From assembly GCA_043814605.1 (NCBI GenBank), contig JBDRJV010000016.1:16218-80217 (forward strand): a DNA stretch of 64,000 bases. The letters are read 5' to 3'. This stretch comes from Candidatus Omnitrophota bacterium (GTDB lineage: Bacteria; Omnitrophota; Gorgyraeia; B26-G9). The notes beneath the pieces were generated by a model. That model saw only the letters and a program-made list of their open reading frames with translations, ran no database searches and had not been told where the DNA came from. Positions 52,001 through 61,000 of this stretch are shown piece after piece; position 1 is the stretch's first letter, and each line of letters starts with the position of its first letter. The position numbers and the translations under genes were made by a program.

Positions 52001-55000
52001 CATAGATGAAACAAACACAATTATAATAAATGTTGATAAGCAAAATAATGAATCTTATTACAAGGGAGGAGAAGTAGTTTTAAGTGAAAACGGGTTAGTG
52101 TATAAACCCGGAGATAAACTTGAGATCACTGGTTTAGACAAAGGCAATACTTATGATCCAGGTCAGGGTCAATATACAGGAGCTTATGTTTCTACAGGTA
52201 ATGTAAAAATAATAAATGATGGAACTTACAATGTTAATCAAAATTATGTTACCAGTGAGAATCAAAATAGCCAAATCATATTCACGCTTACTAATGCTAA
52301 TGATCAAAAAATAGATTGTTTAATGAGTTTAAATCAGCCTATAGGAGAAGCAAAGGCTGGCCAGCAGCAACAATATACATTTAATTTTGCTAAAGAACAT
52401 GAAGGGTTGTCTTTAAATAGTGCATCTGGCAGAAAATACACCATTACACTGGATGAATCTAAATATATTCCTTTAAGTCAATCAGTGGCTTGTACAGGTC
52501 AGATTGAAACAGTAGAAATTAATGGGAATTCAAGATTAACAATCAATCAACAGGGTAATGAAGTTACAGCGGATAAGATTATTTTAACAGGTTCTAAAAG
52601 TACAATTGATGCTGGAGCGCAGATTGGCAAACAGACTGAAGATAAAGTAGAAATTATTGCCGGTGATTTGCATATTGATGCTTCGGATAAGCGTTTTGTT
52701 GGTACGGATACAGTGGCTACTTCTAAAATTGACCCTTCTCTTCAAGATAAAAAAGATCAAGAAACCCCAAAGACAATCACTTTTTCTAAAGATAATAAAC
52801 AAGCAACTATTCATTACACGGGTAATTGTGAATATTACTTAACCGGTGATGTTAGTTTTAATAAAGAAGGTCTTTATCTGGATAATGGAACTATATTTAA
52901 GGTTGCTGGTTCTGAAAATATTACTGGCTTTAATAATGCCGTAACAGTTTGTGATACAAAAGTCATTGAGGGGAAATTTCTCATTAATAATAATACTTTA
53001 GTTGCCCTTGATTCAAGTTGTCTTACCGTTGATGACCGGGCGCAAAGCGTTAATGGAAGTGAGAATTTATTTACGGTTAGTTATAAAGTAGAACTTACGG
53101 AGAAAGAAGGGATTTCTACTGTAAAAAGCATTGAAAAAAATTATATGTTTAATCGGGAGAACATTAATAGCCAAATTATATTTGATCAGGATTTAGGTAT
53201 AATCGGTAAAGTTGTAGAGAATAAAAAGGGAGAAATTTCCCTAAGTATTAATACTGCTGGGGGTAAAGAAGTATTAACAAATAAATATGTGGATGTATCA
53301 GTAAAGGAAACAACCCATGGTACAGGCAAGATTGTTACTTTAACAGATTCTAAAAATAGCATTATTGCTACAGCTGGTAAGATCCAGACAAGTGATGGGA
53401 AAAATCTTACTATGTGGAGTACTCAAAACGCTACCACTTATTTGCTTGAGGGTAAATCTCTAGCCCAGGGGCAGCAAATTTCTATTGGCAAATTTGACTA
53501 TACTGCAGGAAAAGATTTAGCTCCGATGCGTATTGAAACCATGAGTTTTACAACAAAAAATAGCACAGCTTTTAATTTTCAAGGAAACAAACTAAATCTT
53601 TCCGGCAATGTGAATTTGCACATCAATGCTTTTGAGCAGCAGCTGGGCATATCGGGTACAGATAAGCGCGGTAAATTAACGGGTATTGAGTTTACAAAAG
53701 CCAACAATGAGCAGTTTCTTTTAGTTAATGGCGCCCAGGCCCAGATAGTTAAAATAGATGAAAATAAATATGAATTGATTGTGACCAGCGGAACAGCCTA
53801 TGCGATTACGGATAATACTATTGGCAAGAAGACTGATTTTAAAACAGATAAACAACTCGGAAAAGATGGAGGCAAAACTACTGGTTTAAATGAAATTGTA
53901 ATAATCGATAAACCAAATGGCGATATTGCGATTGAAAAAGGGTCTCAATATACGGTTGCTCGTAATAATGAAACCGGACAGACAGAGGTTGTATTTAAAG
54001 AAAACGATAAGATTATTAATAATAGTAAACAAAAGATTACAATTAATGGGTTTACAGTGGCAGAGGGGAAAACCGCAGCCATAAAATTTGATCATGTTTA
54101 TATCCAAGGCAATACTTACAGTTTTCAAGGCAAGGATTACACCTTAACTAATTTTAATGACTTTGATTTAATCTGGACAGATACCCGCAATATCCAGGGC
54201 ACAATATCTGAAGCTAATTTACACGCAGATAAAAATGCAGTTAACTTTATTTTTAAAACTGATAAAGCAACTTATGAAGTAAAAAGCGGTAAAGAAGTTG
54301 GGTTAAAAGGTAATGCTTATTATCATATTAATGACATTGATGTTTGGGCTACTGGGATTGAAGATAAGTTTATTAAAGATGAAAACGGCAATACAGGCTG
54401 GAAGTTTGAAAAATTAGTGAACGGATCTACGTATAAAACAAAAGTTAACGGTGTTGAGGTTGTATTTATTGTTAAAGACAATAAATTAATGGCCAGTAAC
54501 GGTAGAGAAATTGGCCCGCAAAATTTAGGAAAGAATAAAAATTATAAAGATTCTGAAGGTATTACACATGATGATGTAGATATTTATGTTACTCAGGCAC
54601 TGGCTAACGGCCAGTTTGTTTTGGGTACAGACAAGCAGGGTGCAAACGCTTGGGGTCAGGTTCAAGCAGGAGTTAGTGAAGGGGTGTCTGATCTGACAAT
54701 TCAAGGCAATACTCATGCGAGTATTACTTCTGAGCAGGTAACCAGAAAAGACGGTACGCAGCAAACCGTGAATATTTATAGTACAGCTGCTGACGGGAAT
54801 TTCAAGATAGTATTTACTGCAGATAAAGACCTGAATAATACGGTTATTAAAGATAATCTCAAGGGAAGCCATTTAGATGTTTTGGGAGAAGCAGTGATAA
54901 ACGGAAAAACAGTTCTTGACGGTGCAGCAATAGATTATGTTGAGAAAAACGGTAATATTGTGCCTGAATTTTCTCAAGGTTCAAGAATATTAGAACATGA

Positions 55001-58000
55001 TTTTGGCTCAGGCCAGCAGATAATCAGTGTTTACCAGGGTAAAGATATTAAAGGCAATGATTTGGGCTGGAAATGGCATGCGGATAGTTCTCTGGTAGAT
55101 AAAGAATGGAATAATAATATTTATATTGATGGTAAAGCTAACCCAGTAACCTGTAAATTATCTGCTACAGAAACAGGGTTTGAAGTATTGATAAAAAATG
55201 GACAAGGGGTAAATTTAGGAAGGTCTGAAAATTTTGTAGATTCTCAAGGCATAAAACATAAAGATGTGGATATTTGGGTTACCCAGAAACTGCCTAATGG
55301 CGAATATGTATTTATGGTAAAAGATAAGGGGAAAAATGACTGGCAGCAGGAGCAATTAGATTTAAAAGGCGGTTCTCAGGAATCCATACATGGATCAACT
55401 TATGCAAAAGTTACTGATCAGGAAATTAACGGAAAAACAATCCGTAATTATTCAGAAAAATCTAATGGTCAATTCCAGTTAATATTTACGGCAGATAATC
55501 AGCTTAAGAACATGGGCATAAAAGATAATTTAGATGGCAGCAGCTTAGAAGTTGTTAATGCAAAAATCGGGGATAAATTTATTGTTAAAGGAGGGGTAAA
55601 TTTTATCCGGGATAAGCAGGGCAATGTCCAGGCGAATTTTGATAATGGCACTGTATTTCTTAATGCAGACGGCACACAAGGGGTTGTTACCGAAGGGGAG
55701 ATTCCTGCGCCAAAGGCTCCGGAAAAGAGTTATCTTGATAACTTACAAGAGAGATTTGGCCCGGAGGTAAAAGGAGCATCTTTAAAATCAGATAGCTGGC
55801 AGCAAATTAATAGTGAGAAAACCGGGCTCTTTGGTGAATACAAGTATGATTCTAAAACCGATACTTACACATTTAAAGGAACATATATTGTTTCTGAAAG
55901 CATTGAGATTTGGCAGGCAGAGTTGAATTTTACTAGTGATTTTCAGATGAAATCTGCTTCCGGCAGGGTTTTTGCCAATGTGGAGAATGCAAAGATAAAT
56001 ATTGCAGGAGATAATTTTGTGATTAAGACTGATCAAGCTGTCTCCGGTATGATTGAAATAGGTAAATATACTAACCAAGGAACAATTATCCTGGATCCAT
56101 ATTCTGATTTGCAGCTTTATAACCAGGTTAAAAATAATCAGGTTTTTATTTTTGGCAATGAGCAGGGTAAAAATGCAGAGTTTTTTATTAATAAGGAAAA
56201 GAATTTAGTTTTATGGAACGGCGTTATCGATGAAAGTAACGGGAGCTTTAGCTATTCCAGTACTGATCAGACCCAAACTAAAACTAAAACACAAGAACAA
56301 AAACCCCAGCAGCAGCAAAAACAAATACAGACTGGAGTAATTACTGATATTAAAATTTCCGGGAATGAAAAAAATGGCTATAACTATTCCGGAATTGTGG
56401 AAGTAAGGCAAGGGGAAAAGCAGATTTTAAATTGTGAAGGTGCAAGATTAATCGTAGAAAAAAGCGGATTCCAGTTTGGCAATATTGATTATGATTATAA
56501 TTCTTTATTAATCGGGGATAAAAGCGGTAATTTAGTGGCTCAGGACGGCTCAAGCGGAACAAAGCATCTTAGTTTTGAGGGATCTGATAAAAAGGTAGAT
56601 GTTAATTTTACTATGGCAAACGGCGGAATGAATATTACAAACATCAGCGGAGATACACACATAGATTCACAAGTAAAGACAGACTGTGGGGAAATTTCTT
56701 ATGAATATGATTTAGTTGTAGTAAAAAATCAGCTGATCAGTATAAATCATACGACTTCCTGGATTGAGAATAATCAGGAACCTGTAATTATTAATGAAAA
56801 AAATGCAAAAACAGTAACTTTTGAAGATCAGGGCAGGGATTACAGTTTTGAAAAAAAAGGCGATATCTATGTGCCTTATGCAGAGGTTAAGACGACTAAC
56901 TCAATTAATAGTTTGGTATTGGGAAAAGATGCTGAATCCTCTATAACGATACAACTTACTCCGACAAAAGAATTAACTTGTGTGTATGATTTACAGGGCA
57001 ACTATACTACCAAAGCTGGGCAAGATACGCTTGAAGGCCAAAAAGGCACTGTATTTAATTATGTGTATAACAATGAAACAAAAGAAGTGTTTGTCCCTGA
57101 TGGAACCATTTTTACTGCAGACGTAGAGAATTCAGGGGTTGTGATTACCGGAAAATTAAATATATTAAAAGAGGGTCATTTTAATCTTAATATTGGAAAA
57201 GACCAAGTTCACATTATGCCAAGCTTAGGAGGTACTGATAAAACCACAACTGATGATCGGGCAAACAAGATCAAGGTGAATGTCGATGTGCAGAATATGC
57301 TTTATGCAGAAGAGGGCTGGATAAGTTTGTATCAGGGTAATTTTTTGCCTGGGGAAAATGATTGTTTAGTGAATAATAGCGCAAGTTCAATTACGCTGCT
57401 TACTCCGGGACAAGACAGTAAACCCGTAGTGGTTAAAACAGGACAAGAAGCAATAATTAAAAATAACCAGGCCTATATTATTGGTAGTCAGGTTACCGCA
57501 GAAAAAAATTATATAGATAAAAACAATAGAATTTGGGTTGAGGGAACCTATGATATTTCCGCAGAAGGTAAATTTGTAGTAGTTGATGGTTATTTTATGC
57601 AGCAGGATTATCAAGCTAAAGATGGAACGATGTTCAGATTAAAAGATGATCAGTTTTTAACTGGCTACTCAGATAATACCGGACAAATTTGTTATGATCA
57701 GGGGCAAGATGTTGTCGCTTCTAATGTGTTAACGGATCAGCAGAATAATCAGCTTTCTTTGTTTACTAATTTAAAAACAGACCAAGATGGCATGCTTACT
57801 GAGCAGAATTATTATAAATTAGATAATCAGCTGCTTGAAACAGGTCAAAAATTCATTTTTGATGAAAAGCCCTATGTTATGCAAGAGCATAATGGGGAAG
57901 TTATGCCTTTATTTAAATCAAATAAGAATTTTACTAATGATAACCCGTTAATTTATTATAAAAATGGAAATAAAATTGAATTAGTCGGAGAAACTACTTT

Positions 58001-61000
58001 ATTGTATAACATTAAAGACCAGATGGTTGGTATCGAAGGCCAAACGCTGATAAAAGGAGAAAATGGTAAGATTAGCGGTACCTTATTTACAACAAATGAT
58101 GATTCTCAGAGCCAGTTTATAATTGAAAATAATAATAAGGTTACGCTGAAAGATGGCCAGCTGAATATTGGTTTTGCGCACCTTTATGCTGTAGATAATT
58201 ATAATACTTATCAAAAAGAAACCCTAGATTTAATTTCTAATGCAAGCTTAGGAAACTTAAAATCCGATACCAAAGAAAATCATATCTATTTAACCAGTGA
58301 TGCCGACAAAAATATCATCATAGAAAAAGGCAGTAAATTTACCGTACAAGATAACAACTTTGTAATTACTAATAATGATGTAATTTATACCGATAAAAAT
58401 TTATGGGTTACAATTTTAGTCGGATCAGGCGCAGCACAAGAAAAAATAGATCTCGGCCCTAATTCCGGAGGAATGGTCAAGGACGGGAAATTTTATGAAG
58501 CCGGAGATAGATTTGCGACAAATAACAAAAATATTCAAGGCAAAGTCGCGATTAATGCTACAACAAACAAGATTGAACTTGTTTACGAGGTGGTGGGGGT
58601 AGAAAATTCAGGAGATATCAAAGGAAACGGTAAAATCTTAAAGATGAATGATGATTATGTGATCAGTATCCAAAAAACTGATGAGGGCGATACAGAAAAA
58701 CGTTTATATGAGGTGGTCACTTCTCCTAATGGGCAAAAAAGCTTAAAGCAAGTTGATCAGATTTCTGTCCAGCAAGAATATAGTGTTGATTTTGGGCAAC
58801 GGACTTTAATCGAAAGCACTACCGTCAGTGTAGATGAAAAAGATATTGAGATAGAGACTGATTATAAGCTGATGGGGCATAAGCTAGCAGTAGGAGAAAG
58901 TGTAGATGTTCGCGCAATAAGTTTTCAGCAAGATCAAGATCCAGAATTTATTTATAATGGGCGTAAATATGTACTTACAAAGTTAGAAAATGGAAAGTTT
59001 ACTCCGGAAAGTTATGATGTATATGAAGCAAACAGTGAATTTATTCAGGGGCTGGTAGTTTTAGATAGTAAGGGAAGACAAGGCCAGATCGATCCTGAGA
59101 GGAATAAAAAAGTTACTGTAATGTTTAATCTTCAGGGAGAGGCCGTGGCTTTAATCGGAGATGGTTTTACCAGAGATGAAAGAGGAGAAAAATATTACGG
59201 TGTTGTTCTCACTGCAGAACATGGGGATCTATTAATTAAAAATGGGAAAAATTCGATTAGTATTAAAGATAATACGCTGACACTTATCCAGGCAGATGCG
59301 ATTACGATGACGCTTTGGGATAGCGGCCGGGAAATAACCCAGGTAAAGGATTCAGATCCGGGTTTAGGCAAGAGTGAGGCTCCTAAAGAAAACAAGATTT
59401 CTGTTACTAAAAGTCAAGGGATTGTTTTTGTTAATTTAAAACAAAACATTACGCTTTTTAATAATGATTGGTTTTTAACAGCGGGAGATGTTCTGGTGAA
59501 TAATTCTCCACAAGCTGAGCAAATACATATTTTATCAGCTGATGGGCGGACAATGTACAGTGTGGAACACGGACAAGAAGCAGCTGTAGAAAATGGAGGT
59601 ATTAAGTTAACCAAAGGTATCAATGCAATTGATTTGAATAACGCGAATATTGTTCAATTAGATAAAAACGGACAGCCCACAAAAACGATCACTAATCCCG
59701 GAGAAGATACTAGCTGGGTAAATGGTAATTATTTGGTTGCCACCAAAGGGGAGAATGGAAATTTTGAATTTACATCTGCGACAGGAGAGAAGTTAGGCTG
59801 GAACATGGCTAGTTTATATAATGTTCAAGCAGATAAAAATATTGTGGAAGTATCTTATCTTGGGAAAAAGATTTCATTAGATTCAACACAGTTTACTAAT
59901 GAGAATGACGGCGAGAGTTTTGGCTCTAGTTACTGGGCTAATGAATATGGGGTTAATGATACAGTATTATTAGAGCAAAGTGATTCATTCTCAACTTCTT
60001 TAAATACATTTTGGCAAACAAATAAAGCAGCAATTGGTGAAGCTGCTTTAGTAATCGGTATAGGTTTAGCAGCAGCAGCGGCTATAGTTGTTTTGCCAGC
60101 ATCTGTTTATATTACTGCGGCTACTTATGGTTCGGTTTTAGGTGTAATGGCTTTAACGGTATCTCTCAGCACCGATAGTTACATGGAATTAGGTAATATC
60201 TTAGCTAATGCTGAGGATACAAATAGTACTGAGAATCTATTCTGGGGCCGCGTTCTTTTTGAGACGGCATCAGCTTTTAGAACAGTGGCAGGGAATTTGG
60301 GAGTGGGGGGTCAGGTACACGGGGAAAGCAATATAGAAACGCCGATTATTGGAGGAGTTAATGCCGGCCATGTTATCGCAGCTGCTACAATTATATGCAT
60401 GGTATACACTGCCGGAGGGCTTGGATTTATAAAGGCATTAAAAGGGCCTTTAGTTTCTCTTTCCAATATTAATCTTGGATTAGTAGGAGAACAAATGTTT
60501 ACCTTAGGAAAAAATTTAATAGGGAAAGGTTTGAACGGAAAAGAAACTTTGGTTAAATCTTGGACTGGCTTGTTAAAATCTTTTGGGGCGATAAAGGGTT
60601 TGCATGTGGGTTTGTGGACAGCAGGGCATATGGCTAATATGCTGCCTGATCATAATCCAGCCTCAGAGTTATATCAATTAGTGCTTTCTCCATTTGCAAT
60701 GGGTGCAGAGTTTACACCAGAGGGATTATGGACAACTGTAAAAGGAGGAGAAAATTGGGATGATATAATCATGACTAACCTACACTTAGCGGGGTTTGCC
60801 GGGCTGATGTATTTTAGTGGGCCGATTCTAGAGTTATTGGCAAGTTCTAGAATTGGTAATTTTAGCGGTCAGTTTTTAGAGGTTTCATTTGGCGAAGGTG
60901 CTGCGGCAAGACTTTCAAGCAGAATGATAAACGGGTTAATTGAAGAAGGCGTCAAAGAGCAGGCATTAGGGGTAATTTTACGTCCTATTTTTGGCAATCA

